A stretch of DNA of 64,000 nt from a bacterium (GTDB taxonomy: Bacteria; JACRDZ01; JAQUKH01). Under the pieces are notes generated by a model. It did no database searches. It was not told where the DNA came from and saw only the letters and a list, made by a program, of their open reading frames with translations. The stretch spans positions 1 to 64,000 of the forward strand of contig JAQUKH010000001.1 in NCBI GenBank assembly GCA_028719205.1, read 5' to 3'. Every line of letters begins with the position of its first letter. The first letter of the stretch is position 1. This document shows, in pieces, positions 39,355 to 48,920 of this stretch. A program made the translations under genes and the position numbers.

Positions 39355-39630
39355 TTTGCCTTTTTAATAAAGACCTGCGGGCTTTCCCACTATGACTTGC
39401 ACACTCCGGCCCTGGCGAGACCGCCTTTGTTAACAATTTCGCTTTTGCTCATTGTTGTCCTCGTAGCGGATAACCTAGAGATACCCCCTACCCGTACGAT
39501 AATATATCGGTGAAATATAGAATAAAGTATAATAAATATTTATCTGATATATCCCTTCGGTTATTTATTTAAACACCGTTATCCCCTTAAATATTCTTGA
39601 CAATTAGACATTTCTGTTGTTAAATGAATT

Positions 39631-41034
39631 ATGACTAAAACAAAGATAATTTGCACGATCGGGCCTGCTACTCAATCCTATGAAATGCTGCAGAAAATGA
39701 ATAATGCCGGAATGGATATTGCCAGGCTTAATATGTCGCATGGGGATCATGCTTCTCATCTGAAGGTTATTAATAATATAAAGAAAATCAATAAAAATTC
39801 AAATAAACAGATGGGAATACTTCTGGATACCCAGGGTCCGGAGATCAGGACCGGAGACCTGGCGGCTAATCTTGACCTGAAAACAGGGTCAATAATTTCT
39901 ATAAGCCTGCGTGACGCGATGAACGTTGAGGAGACTTCCATTCATATTAATTATGATGATATGGTTAATTCCGTAAATGTAGGGGACAAAATTACTGTTG
40001 ATAATGGCTTGATAAACCTGGAGATCCTTGAAAAAAGTGACCGGCAGATGAAATGTATGGTTATCGACGGCGGGATCCTGAAAAGCAAGCGGCATGTTAA
40101 CTTACCCGGGATCAGGGTGAACCTTCCTGCCATAACATCAAAAGATGAAGCGGATATTATTTTCGGATTGAAGAATGATGTTGATTTTATAGCTCTTTCT
40201 TTTGTCCGTGAAGTTCAGGATATTTATGAGTTAAAAAGCATAATAGGAAGCAGATCCGGTAAAGTAAAGATCATCGCGAAGATCGAAGATCAGGAAGGCG
40301 TTAAAAATATCGATGAAATAGTCGAAGAAGCTGACGGGATAATGGTTGCCCGGGGAGATCTCGGAGTTGAAATTAATATCGAAGAACTTCCCAGCGTACA
40401 AAGAGAAATTGTACGCAAATGCGCGGAAAAAGGGCGGCGGGTAATTATCGCGACTCATCTCCTTGAATCAATGATAGAAAATCCGATCCCGACCCGCGCG
40501 GAAGTCACTGACGTTGCCAATGCTGTTTATGAAGAGGTTGACGCGGTTATGCTCTCAGGTGAAACAACAACCGGAAAATATCCGGTCAAATGTGTAGAGT
40601 ATTTAAAAAAAATCATTATTAGATCTGAAGAACAAGATGGTTTAAAATTTTCCAGCAAACTGATCTTAGACAATGACAAACAGCAGCTTACAGCCGCGGC
40701 GGTAAAACTTGCTGAAGCTCTTAATGTAAAAGGAATAATGGTTTTCACAAAAAAAGGTTTTATGGCGGATTGCACTTCAAATTATCATCCCTATTCCGTA
40801 AATATCTATGCCTTTACAAATGCCGCTCAAACCAGGCGCACCCTGCTCTTAAACCGCGCGGTATTCCCCTTTAAAATGAACTTCAACTCAGATCCGGAAA
40901 AAAGATTGCGGACAGCTTTTAATATTTTAAAAGCTAAAGAAGGCTTTGTTCCCGGGGATAAAGTTGTAGTTATTTCCGATGTCCGTACCGGCGAAGAGAA
41001 AACAGACGCGGTTCAGATAAGAGAAGTGATTTAA
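39631..41034 (+). CDS. pyk: Pyruvate kinase
   Basis: TKIICTIGPA, RLNMSHG, MVARGDLG, PTRAEVTDVANA. Confidence 0.97.
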   Translation: MTKTKIICTIGPATQSYEMLQKMNNAGMDIARLNMSHGDHASHLKVINNIKKINKNSNKQMGILLDTQGPEIRTGDLAANLDLKTGSIISISLRDAMNVEETSIHINYDDMVNSVNVGDKITVDNGLINLEILEKSDRQMKCMVIDGGILKSKRHVNLPGIRVNLPAITSKDEADIIFGLKNDVDFIALSFVREVQDIYELKSIIGSRSGKVKIIAKIEDQEGVKNIDEIVEEADGIMVARGDLGVEINIEELPSVQREIVRKCAEKGRRVIIATHLLESMIENPIPTRAEVTDVANAVYEEVDAVMLSGETTTGKYPVKCVEYLKKIIIRSEEQDGLKFSSKLILDNDKQQLTAAAVKLAEALNVKGIMVFTKKGFMADCTSNYHPYSVNIYAFTNAAQTRRTLLLNRAVFPFKMNFNSDPEKRLRTAFNILKAKEGFVPGDKVVVISDVRTGEEKTDAVQIREVI

Positions 41035-41129
41035 GATAGAAGGCTGAAGTACGGAAGAACGGAAGAAAATAAAATACATTATTTTTAATGGATTTTATAC
41101 GGTTTTTTTGATATTATATGTTTATAAAC

Positions 41130-41476
41130 GGGGGCGAATTGGTTTCGACAGGTATAAATTAAAGCTGTGCTCGCAGGCCGAGGTTCCATTGGCTCGTAAA
41201 ACAAATGGTAAAACATAAACGCTAATAACGAATTAGCCCTAGCTGCTTAATTGCGGCTGACTGAATAGGCTTTTAGCCTGAGAAGCTTATTTGGTAAAAT
41301 TTCAGGCTCAGTCTTATTTAGCGCCCGGGAAATAAGACGAAAATTTCGGGATTGCCTTTTTTCTATTCCGCCTTGGTGAAGAGATAAGAGGTGAAAAGTA
41401 AATACCTAGGACAAGCCTGTAGGATACCAGATTTGATTATTCTTGGACGCGGGTTCAATTCCCGCCGCCTCCACCA
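41130..41476 (+). ncRNA. ssrA: tmRNA; tag peptide ANNELALAA (41221-41250)
   Basis: 5' GGGGGCGAATTGGTTTCGAC, 3' GACGCGGGTTCAATTCCCGCCGCCTCCACCA, tag ORF ending ALAA-stop. Confidence 0.97.
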
Positions 41477-41518
41477 TTTTTGTTTAATCGAAAATTGATT
41501 TGACATATAAATAATATT

Positions 41519-43312
41519 ATGCTACCCTCCAAAAATATGAATAAGAGATCTTTTAATTTCATACTCGCAGTTTTTTTTACTCTGGTAATAGCAACATCAT
41601 TTATTTCCTCTGCCGCGGATGATTCCGCTAAAGTTGCTCCCGTTAAAAAAGAAAGATCCGAAAAAGGCATAGACTTAAAAAATCTTATTCAAAAAGACGC
41701 GACACCTGTATTTAAACCGAATATTCATAGTTTATTTGAATGCAATTCCTGTCATTTAGGCTCTGCGAATGAAATTAAAAACAGCAAGGATAAGGTTATG
41801 CTGATAGAGGATGAAGTATCACTTTGTTTAACTTGCCATCAGGGAGAATGTTTGCACCCTGTAAAAATGGATCCCAAAGATTTAAAACCGCCAATGGTAA
41901 TTCCTGCGAATCTTCCGTTAGATAAAAGTGAAAATTTGGGTAAAATTGTTTGTTCTACCTGTCACCAGATCCATATAGATTTCTCAAAAGATTCGATATT
42001 AAGAGATTTTCCGAATTATTTAGAAAAAAAAGAGTCAAAATACAAAAATCGCATCGAGATGTGTTTAGATTGTCATAAAGATAATTTAGATGATTATAAC
42101 AACCCGGTTTCTGCCATTAAACATATACATGAAAGTGAAACCCCTGATAAAAAGAAATATACTATTGCCTGTCAATTTTGCCACAAAGGCGATACCGAAG
42201 AGATACAAAATATTTCTAATCCGCAGCTCAAAAAGTTCTTTGTTGAAAAGAATCTCAGGGCTCCGGTAATAAACCTTTGCTATTTTTGTCATAATGAGTA
42301 TAAACTTAAGATACATTACGCGGAAAACAATGCTTTTTCTGACATAAAATTAGAAAAAGAAATTGAAGTATTAGATCTTCCCCTGGTTAACGGGAAATTT
42401 ACATGTGTTACCTGCCATGATCAGCATAACTCATTAAAAAATAAAAATTATCTTCGTTCAAAATATTTACTTTTGTCCAGTCAATCAAAAAAAATAAAAC
42501 CTCATAAAAAAGACGGATTTTGCCTTTCCTGTCATGAAAAAGAGCCTAAGGAAGGTGAAAAAATAACTTACCGTTTTAACGGAGATTGGAACCTGATATG
42601 CAACTGGTGCCATAAAGCCGGGGAAGCCAGATCACAAGCTCATCCTGTTGGAATTGTTTTAAAAGAAGGAAAAACTATGATGAAGCCAAAGGATTTCCCT
42701 TTATCGGCAGACGGCAAAATAACCTGTATCACCTGTCATTACGGAGGGAACTACGGTTGTATGGAAAATACAATATACAACGTTGAACAGCAGGTACTTG
42801 AAGGAAATGAAAAAAGGCTGCGCGGGTGGCCCTATACCGGTGTTACTCCTGAAGAAAGAAGATGGCAGCAATGCCTTAAATGTCATGTAAAAGGCCATAT
42901 TACAAAATTCAATATACATTATCAGATAGACAGTACTACAGGAAAAGTTATTGAGTCAACATGCCTTTTTTGCCACTCTTCCCGTCCTGATGAAAAAGTT
43001 GAGGGGGTAAAAAAAGCCGAGTTTAGAAGCCCTGTATTATTTCTTTGTTTATCCTGCCATAATGACCGTAAACATCCGGGTGTTACCCCATCACAACCGG
43101 ATGGAGTGAACCATATTGTTGTACCTAAAGAAGTCCCTGGTAAACTGATAATACCTCCTGACCTTCATGAAACAGATAAGAAAATGATCCATTGCGCGAC
43201 TTGCCATAATCCGCATCAGGATGGCCTGATAGGCGGCCGGAGAGGTTTAGTTGCCGGGACTGAACGTAAACGCTTTCTGGTATGTACTACCTGCCATATC
43301 GGGAAATTTTAA
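41519..43312 (+). CDS. Exported 15-heme cytochrome c
   Basis: 15 CxxCH counted, several followed by HP; signal peptide; start may be 41537. Confidence 0.92.
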   Translation: MLPSKNMNKRSFNFILAVFFTLVIATSFISSAADDSAKVAPVKKERSEKGIDLKNLIQKDATPVFKPNIHSLFECNSCHLGSANEIKNSKDKVMLIEDEVSLCLTCHQGECLHPVKMDPKDLKPPMVIPANLPLDKSENLGKIVCSTCHQIHIDFSKDSILRDFPNYLEKKESKYKNRIEMCLDCHKDNLDDYNNPVSAIKHIHESETPDKKKYTIACQFCHKGDTEEIQNISNPQLKKFFVEKNLRAPVINLCYFCHNEYKLKIHYAENNAFSDIKLEKEIEVLDLPLVNGKFTCVTCHDQHNSLKNKNYLRSKYLLLSSQSKKIKPHKKDGFCLSCHEKEPKEGEKITYRFNGDWNLICNWCHKAGEARSQAHPVGIVLKEGKTMMKPKDFPLSADGKITCITCHYGGNYGCMENTIYNVEQQVLEGNEKRLRGWPYTGVTPEERRWQQCLKCHVKGHITKFNIHYQIDSTTGKVIESTCLFCHSSRPDEKVEGVKKAEFRSPVLFLCLSCHNDRKHPGVTPSQPDGVNHIVVPKEVPGKLIIPPDLHETDKKMIHCATCHNPHQDGLIGGRRGLVAGTERKRFLVCTTCHIGKF

Positions 43313-43316
43313 TCCC

Positions 43317-43736
43317 TTAAAATCCGCCTCTTGAATTGATCACAAATATACCGCCAAAGAATATTACGGAAACAATAATAATAAAACTGAATATCTTTGC
43401 TAATTTTTTATTTGGTTTTGAATAAACATTCGGAAAAACAGAATGGATCGTAAATACTTTTGAAAGAGGCAATGCTATTTTTGAATCAGCCTTTTGAGGA
43501 TATTTTTTTTCAAATTCAATTTTTTTCATCAAAGAAAGATGCTGATATTCACGGGCAGTTAACTCCTTGACGCTTTTTGTTTTCAGATCCCGATAATAAC
43601 TGTCAAAAACCTCATTGATCTTATTTATATTTTTATGACAAAATTTTTCCGGTAAAAACAACTTTATTAAATATCCTGAAACCAGGCCAACCAGGAACAG
43701 AATAAACGGATTAAAATTTGAAATAAGATCTGCCAT
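43317..43736 (-). CDS. Hypothetical membrane protein
   Basis: Start reassigned to ATG 43736 (AAGGAG SD); two TM segments. Confidence 0.6.
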   Translation of the reverse strand: MADLISNFNPFILFLVGLVSGYLIKLFLPEKFCHKNINKINEVFDSYYRDLKTKSVKELTAREYQHLSLMKKIEFEKKYPQKADSKIALPLSKVFTIHSVFPNVYSKPNKKLAKIFSFIIIVSVIFFGGIFVINSRGGF

Positions 43737-43760
43737 TTTTTTCTCCTTATTCAATGAGCA

Positions 43761-43820
43761 CATCGTCCCGATGTTCTTCGGGATGATAGTTCGAATTGAA
43801 CCCCGATGCAACATCGGGGT
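43761..43820. repeat. Pair of REP-like palindromes
   Basis: CATCGTCCCGA...TCGGGATGAT and perfect ACCCCGATG-CAA-CATCGGGGT. Confidence 0.55.
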
Positions 43821-43906
43821 ATTAGTTGCACAATAAATTTATCTTCAAATCTATTATCGGACAGGAGAAATAAAATCTTAAAATAATTTTATTATTTAAA
43901 TGGATA

Positions 43907-45631
43907 TCATGGATTTTGGGGAACTAAAATGTCTTTAAGTTCCAATTGGAGAGAAGTTTTATTCTGCCAGAGGTTTTTTGACAAATTATAAATTATATGT
44001 ATCGGCCCTTTAATATTCAATAAACATTCATATTTATTGATCATATTAAAACCTATGATATCTCTTTCTATATTTCCTTTTTTGGCTTTTAATTTTACAT
44101 GATTTATCCCTACGATTCTGGGATAATCCATTAATGACACGTTTTCAGACATAAAAACAGGTTTAGGATTGCCAAAACCAAAAGGCGCTAAATTTTCTAA
44201 AAGATCTATAAATTGCAAATTCAGGTCCTTAAAATCAATAACAGCGTCTATATTCCATTTCTGCAGTAATTTCTCCGCCGTAAAGATATTTTCAGCCGCT
44301 TCATTTATTTTTTTTCTGAACATTCCAATATTCTTAATTTCGATCGAAAGGCCCGCCGCCAGTTCATGACCTCCAAAGGACAGCAAAAGATCTTTACATT
44401 CTGATATTGCTTTAAAAATATTTAATCCGTTTTTACTGCGGGCCGAACCTTTACCATGTGACGTCTTCTCATCATGCGCTATCAAAATTACCGGTTTGGA
44501 AAATCTTTCAACCATTTTAGAAGCAACTATTCCGATAACACCCGGGTGCCACTTTTTAGAATCGAGGACGATTATTTTTTCATTTTCCAGATCAATTTCA
44601 TTTTCAATACAGGAAATAGTATCCTTCAGGATATCCGCTTCAATTATCTGCCTTTTTTCATTCATTCTGCATAATTGATTTGCCAGGCTGTCCGCGGCGG
44701 ATTGTTCGCCGGTCAAAAGTAATTCTACGGAAGTTTTTGCCGTTCCAATCCTTCCGCTGGCGTTTATTTTAGGCGCCAGCATAAAACTCACATGTCCGGT
44801 ATCTACTCTGCAGTTTGATAATCCGCTTTGATTTATTAAAGCCTTTAAACCCGGATTATCAGTGGAATTGATTTGCTCTAAACCATTTTTAACCAATATC
44901 CTGTTTTCACCGATCAGCGGGGCCATATCGGCAATTGTCCCGAGAGCGGCAAACTCTAAAAAATTACTTTCTTTGATTGTAATTTTTTTCCGCAAAGCAT
45001 TGATCAGCATATAAATAACACCTACACCCGCTAATTCGCTTATGCCGCTTAAACAATCAATTTGTTTAGGATCCACGATATATTCGGTATCAGGCAAAAT
45101 ATCAAGCGGCTGGTGATGATCAAGTATTATGATCTCTAACCCTAATGTTTTCGCGAAAGCAATTTCTTCAACGGAAGTAATTCCGCAATCGACAGTTATA
45201 ACCAGGCTATATCCATCTGAGCTTATTTTACTTAAAGCGGCTTTATTTAAACCGTAACCCTCTGTTATCCTATCGGGAATATAGTATCCGACTTCTGTCA
45301 GACCTCCCAAAGCTTTTTTTAAAATAACGACACTGGTAATGCCATCGACATCATAATCTCCGTAAATTAATATGGATTCCCTGTTCTTTATCGCTTTACA
45401 AATTCTGGCTACGGAAATATCCATGCCTTTCAAAGAATAAGGGTCGGATAAATTTTCCAGTTTTGGATATAAATATTTTTTACCTTCCGGGATTGTTTTT
45501 ATTCCTCTATTGACCATAATACCGGCTATTAACGAATCAATATTAAAACTTTCACTGATCTCTTTTTCCAGAATTGATCCTTTTTCACCTATGGATATAT
45601 TTTTATTATATAAAAGCGTGGTTATTTCCAT
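43907..45631 (-). CDS. recJ: ssDNA exonuclease RecJ
   Basis: GDYDVDG, TVDCG, DHH, LGTIAD, GSARS, GGHELAAG. Confidence 0.96.
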   Translation of the reverse strand: MEITTLLYNKNISIGEKGSILEKEISESFNIDSLIAGIMVNRGIKTIPEGKKYLYPKLENLSDPYSLKGMDISVARICKAIKNRESILIYGDYDVDGITSVVILKKALGGLTEVGYYIPDRITEGYGLNKAALSKISSDGYSLVITVDCGITSVEEIAFAKTLGLEIIILDHHQPLDILPDTEYIVDPKQIDCLSGISELAGVGVIYMLINALRKKITIKESNFLEFAALGTIADMAPLIGENRILVKNGLEQINSTDNPGLKALINQSGLSNCRVDTGHVSFMLAPKINASGRIGTAKTSVELLLTGEQSAADSLANQLCRMNEKRQIIEADILKDTISCIENEIDLENEKIIVLDSKKWHPGVIGIVASKMVERFSKPVILIAHDEKTSHGKGSARSKNGLNIFKAISECKDLLLSFGGHELAAGLSIEIKNIGMFRKKINEAAENIFTAEKLLQKWNIDAVIDFKDLNLQFIDLLENLAPFGFGNPKPVFMSENVSLMDYPRIVGINHVKLKAKKGNIERDIIGFNMINKYECLLNIKGPIHIIYNLSKNLWQNKTSLQLELKDILVPQNP

Positions 45632-45635
45632 AAAA

Positions 45636-47612
45636 TTATTTTTTGAAGAGTTTATTGTTTTTACTATAAAATCTTATTTTATCCCTTAATTCCGCGGCCT
45701 TTTCAAAATCCAGTTTTTCAACCGCCAGAAACATATCAACTTCCCATTCCGCTACTTTTTTCTTTATTTGATCCTCGGATGTATATTCAACGGTATCTTC
45801 TTTAACCTCGTCAATTTCATCGATCCCCTCTATCATATGCGGAATTGATTTGATTATTGTTAAAGGCGTGATATTATGTTTATCATTATACGCGATTTGC
45901 AATTTTCGCCTTCTGTCGATCTCTTCAATGGCCTTTTTCATCGATTCCGTAACAGAATTCGCGTACATTACGACCTCACCATTAATATGTCTTGCCGCCC
46001 TGCCGCAGACCTGAATTAATGAAGTCACTGAATGAAGAAATCCTTCTTTATCCGCGTCCAATATAGCTACAAGGGAAACTTCAGGAAGATCTAAACCTTC
46101 ACGTAACAGGTTAATACCCACTAAGCAATCATATTTACCAAGCCTAAGATCCCTGATAATAGTAAATCTTTCCAGTACTTCAATTTCCGAATGCAAATAA
46201 CACACCTTAATGCCATGATGGAAAAGATAATCAGACAGATCTTCCGACATCCGCTTGGTTAAGGTTGTAATAAGAGTTCTTTCGCCTTTTTCAGCTTTAA
46301 GCTTTATTCTCTGTAAAAGATCCTCTATTTGGCCGTTAACCGGCTGAATGATTATTTTTGGCTCAATAAGGCCGGTAGGCCTTACTATTTGTTCAACGAC
46401 CTCATCGGCATTTTCTATTTCATATCGGCTCGGAGTAGCGGATACATAAAGAACTTTTTTGATTATTTTATTAAACTCCTCAAAAACAAGCGGCCGGTTA
46501 TCAAATGCCGAGGGCAGCCTGAAACCATAGTTTATCAGGGTTTCTTTTCTGGACCGGTCTCCAGCGTACATCCCGCGCAATTGGGGTATCGTTACATGCG
46601 ATTCATCGATGATAACAAGAAAATCATCATTAAAATAGTCAAGTAAGGTACTGGGACGCTCTCCCGGCGCCCGATCCGAAAAATGTCTTGAATAATTTTC
46701 GATGCCTGAACAATATCCGATCTCTCTTATCATTTCAAGGTCATACCTTGTTTTTGTTTCCAGACGGTGCGCCTCAAGGATCTTATTTTGTTTGTTCAAT
46801 TCTTTTAAATGCTCTTCTAATTCAGCCTCAATTGATTTACACGCCTTTTCAACCTTTTCCTGCGGGGTGATAAAATGCTTGCGCGGGAAAATGGTAATCT
46901 CCTCAAGGACGTTCAGAATTTTTTTTGAAATAAGCTCCAGTTTGCTGATCCGCTCAATATTATCTTCAAGAAATTCGATCCTAATAATATAATCACTGTC
47001 TGCGGGATGGACTTCCACAATATCTCCTCTTACCCTGAACGTGCCTCTTCCGAAATCTATGTCATTTCTCTCATAATATAGTGCTACAAGTTTTTGCAGG
47101 ATCGCATCCCTGTCAAATTTCATATTCGTTTTTAAATACAAAATCATGGTTTTAAAGTCTTCGGGTGATCCTAATCCGTAGATACAAGACACACTTGATA
47201 CAATTATCACGTCGTTCCTTGTTAATAAGCTTGTTGTGGCTTTTAGCCGCAGCCGGTCTATCTCATCATTTATTGAAGCGTCTTTCTCTATGTAAGTATC
47301 AGTTTGCGGAAGATATGCTTCAGGCTGGTAAAAGTCATAATAGCTTACAAAATATTCTACCGCGTTTTCGGGAAAATATTCCTTAAATTCCGTATAAAGC
47401 TGGCCTGCTAAAGTTTTGTTATGGGAAATGATAAGAGTCGGTATATTAAGGCTCTGGATCAAATTAGCCATTGTGAAAGTTTTGCCGGAACCTGTTACCC
47501 CTAAAAGAACAAATCTATTCTTATTTTTAAAACCTGATATTAATTTGGAAATAGCTTGAGGTTGGTCGCCTTTAGGCTGGTAACTGGAATGTAATTTAAA
47601 TTTTTGATCCAT
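45636..47612 (-). CDS. uvrB: Excinuclease ABC subunit B
   Basis: GDQPQAI, GVTGSGKT, YYDFYQPEAY, DESH, C-terminal UVR motif. Confidence 0.97.
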   Translation of the reverse strand: MDQKFKLHSSYQPKGDQPQAISKLISGFKNKNRFVLLGVTGSGKTFTMANLIQSLNIPTLIISHNKTLAGQLYTEFKEYFPENAVEYFVSYYDFYQPEAYLPQTDTYIEKDASINDEIDRLRLKATTSLLTRNDVIIVSSVSCIYGLGSPEDFKTMILYLKTNMKFDRDAILQKLVALYYERNDIDFGRGTFRVRGDIVEVHPADSDYIIRIEFLEDNIERISKLELISKKILNVLEEITIFPRKHFITPQEKVEKACKSIEAELEEHLKELNKQNKILEAHRLETKTRYDLEMIREIGYCSGIENYSRHFSDRAPGERPSTLLDYFNDDFLVIIDESHVTIPQLRGMYAGDRSRKETLINYGFRLPSAFDNRPLVFEEFNKIIKKVLYVSATPSRYEIENADEVVEQIVRPTGLIEPKIIIQPVNGQIEDLLQRIKLKAEKGERTLITTLTKRMSEDLSDYLFHHGIKVCYLHSEIEVLERFTIIRDLRLGKYDCLVGINLLREGLDLPEVSLVAILDADKEGFLHSVTSLIQVCGRAARHINGEVVMYANSVTESMKKAIEEIDRRRKLQIAYNDKHNITPLTIIKSIPHMIEGIDEIDEVKEDTVEYTSEDQIKKKVAEWEVDMFLAVEKLDFEKAAELRDKIRFYSKNNKLFKK

Positions 47613-47618
47613 TAAATA

Positions 47619-48446
47619 TTAAATATCCTTCATAATATTTTTTTGCGGCAGGAAAAAAGTCCCTTCTTCTTCATATGAAAAAATATTCGAAATAGTATCA
47701 TTTTTATTTCCATTGGCAATTATTACACCGGCCCCGCTTTTTACCGCTTTTTTAGCGGCCTGGATCTTGGTTTGCATTCCTCCCACGCTTATTTCGTCGA
47801 TATTCACTCCGGCCAGCTTTTCAATTTTGTCGTCAATTATTTCTACCATTGAAATTAATTTCGCGTTTTTATCTTTTCTAGGATCAGCCGTAAATAAACC
47901 ATCCGTACATGTTAAAATTAAAAGTAATTCAGCCTGAACCAAATTTACCACCTGAGCGGAAAGGTTATCATTATCGCCAAGCTTGATCTCTTCAACCGCG
48001 ATCGTATCATTTTCATTTATGATCGGGATCGCGTTAAAATTAATAAGATTACGGAGAGTGTTACCGGCATTCAGGAATCTTTTCCGGTCAGTCAGATCAT
48101 CTTGAGTTAAAAGCATCTGGCCCACGCAGATCCCTTCTTTCTGAAAGTATTTTTCATATACATGCATTAACTTGCTTTGCCCGATAGCCGCTAAAGCCTG
48201 TTTCTGCGGTATGTCTTTAGGCCTGGTCATAATACCTAATTTTCCCATTCCCGCGCCAATCGCCCCGGATGTAACAATTACTATTTCTTTTCCCTTCTTT
48301 TTTAAAAGTGAAATGTTATTAACAAGCCTTTCAACTTTTTTTTCATCCAATTTTCCTTCATCCGTCGTTAAAACCTTTGTTCCGATCTTAATGACTATTT
48401 TTTTCGCGGAAACCAGAATGTTTTTACGCCTGATATCAATACTCAT
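47619..48446 (-). CDS. proB: Glutamate 5-kinase (no PUA domain)
   Basis: IKIGT, SGAIGAG, INEND, GDNDNLSA, GGMQTK. Confidence 0.95.
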   Translation of the reverse strand: MSIDIRRKNILVSAKKIVIKIGTKVLTTDEGKLDEKKVERLVNNISLLKKKGKEIVIVTSGAIGAGMGKLGIMTRPKDIPQKQALAAIGQSKLMHVYEKYFQKEGICVGQMLLTQDDLTDRKRFLNAGNTLRNLINFNAIPIINENDTIAVEEIKLGDNDNLSAQVVNLVQAELLLILTCTDGLFTADPRKDKNAKLISMVEIIDDKIEKLAGVNIDEISVGGMQTKIQAAKKAVKSGAGVIIANGNKNDTISNIFSYEEEGTFFLPQKNIMKDI

Positions 48447-48470
48447 AATGTTTTTCCTGTTCGATTAAAC

Positions 48471-48546
48471 TGGAGCTGGGAAGGAGAATCGAACTCCTGA
48501 CCTATTGATTACGAATCAATTGCTCTGCCAACTGAGCTACCCCAGC
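48471..48546 (-). tRNA. tRNA-Thr(CGT)
   Basis: Cloverleaf GCTGGGG...ATTGA-TTCGTAA-TCAAT...TTCGA...CCA. Confidence 0.95.
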
Positions 48547-48631
48547 AATATTTTTTAAATATTATAAACTATATTTTGAATATGAACAATAAGAAATGTT
48601 AAAAATAAAGAAGAAAAACACACATTAAGGT

Positions 48632-48652
48632 TGGTGCCGGGTCACTTAATCG
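48632..48652 (-). repeat. Duplicate of the tRNA-Phe 3' end (att-like scar)
   Basis: TGGTGCCGGGTCAC-tt-AATCG versus tRNA TGGTGCCGGGTCAC-ag-AATCG at 48768. Confidence 0.75.
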
Positions 48653-48767
48653 TCGCTTCGCTCACCAGGGGTGTGACTAACGACACCCCTTTTTCCACGA
48701 TTCTGTGCGGTTTTTGGTTTACAACTGGTTTGACTTGAGATTTGCTGGTGGTAGGACTATATGTAAA

Positions 48768-48843
48768 TGGTGCCGGGTCACAGAATCGAACTGTGGACGC
48801 ATGGATTTTCAGTCCATCGCTCTACCGACTGAGCTAACCCGGC
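48768..48843 (-). tRNA. tRNA-Phe(GAA)
   Basis: Cloverleaf GCCGGGT...ATGGA-CTGAAAA-TCCAT...TTCGA...CCA. Confidence 0.95.
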
Positions 48844-48867
48844 ACCTAATTTTTCAATAAATTAAAG

Positions 48868-48896
48868 ATTATACTGATTTGTATCAGCAAAGTCAA
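48868..48896 (-). promoter_or_regulatory. Promoter of the tRNA genes
   Basis: TTGACT-17nt-TATAAT on minus strand. Confidence 0.7.
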
Positions 48897-48920
48897 TATA
48901 AAGTTAAAAATATTTAATAT

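Noticed and set aside
39361..39400. GEMM-I riboswitch before the HEAT gene
   Set aside because: Only GGAAAGCC..AGGTCT matches; the 5' P2 and 3' AGCCGGG..GCC parts are missing
41130..43820. Genomic island integrated at tmRNA
   Set aside because: No integrase and no duplicated ssrA 3' end seen
47619..48446. proB truncation as a pseudogene
   Set aside because: PUA-less glutamate 5-kinases are a known intact form and the catalytic motifs are complete
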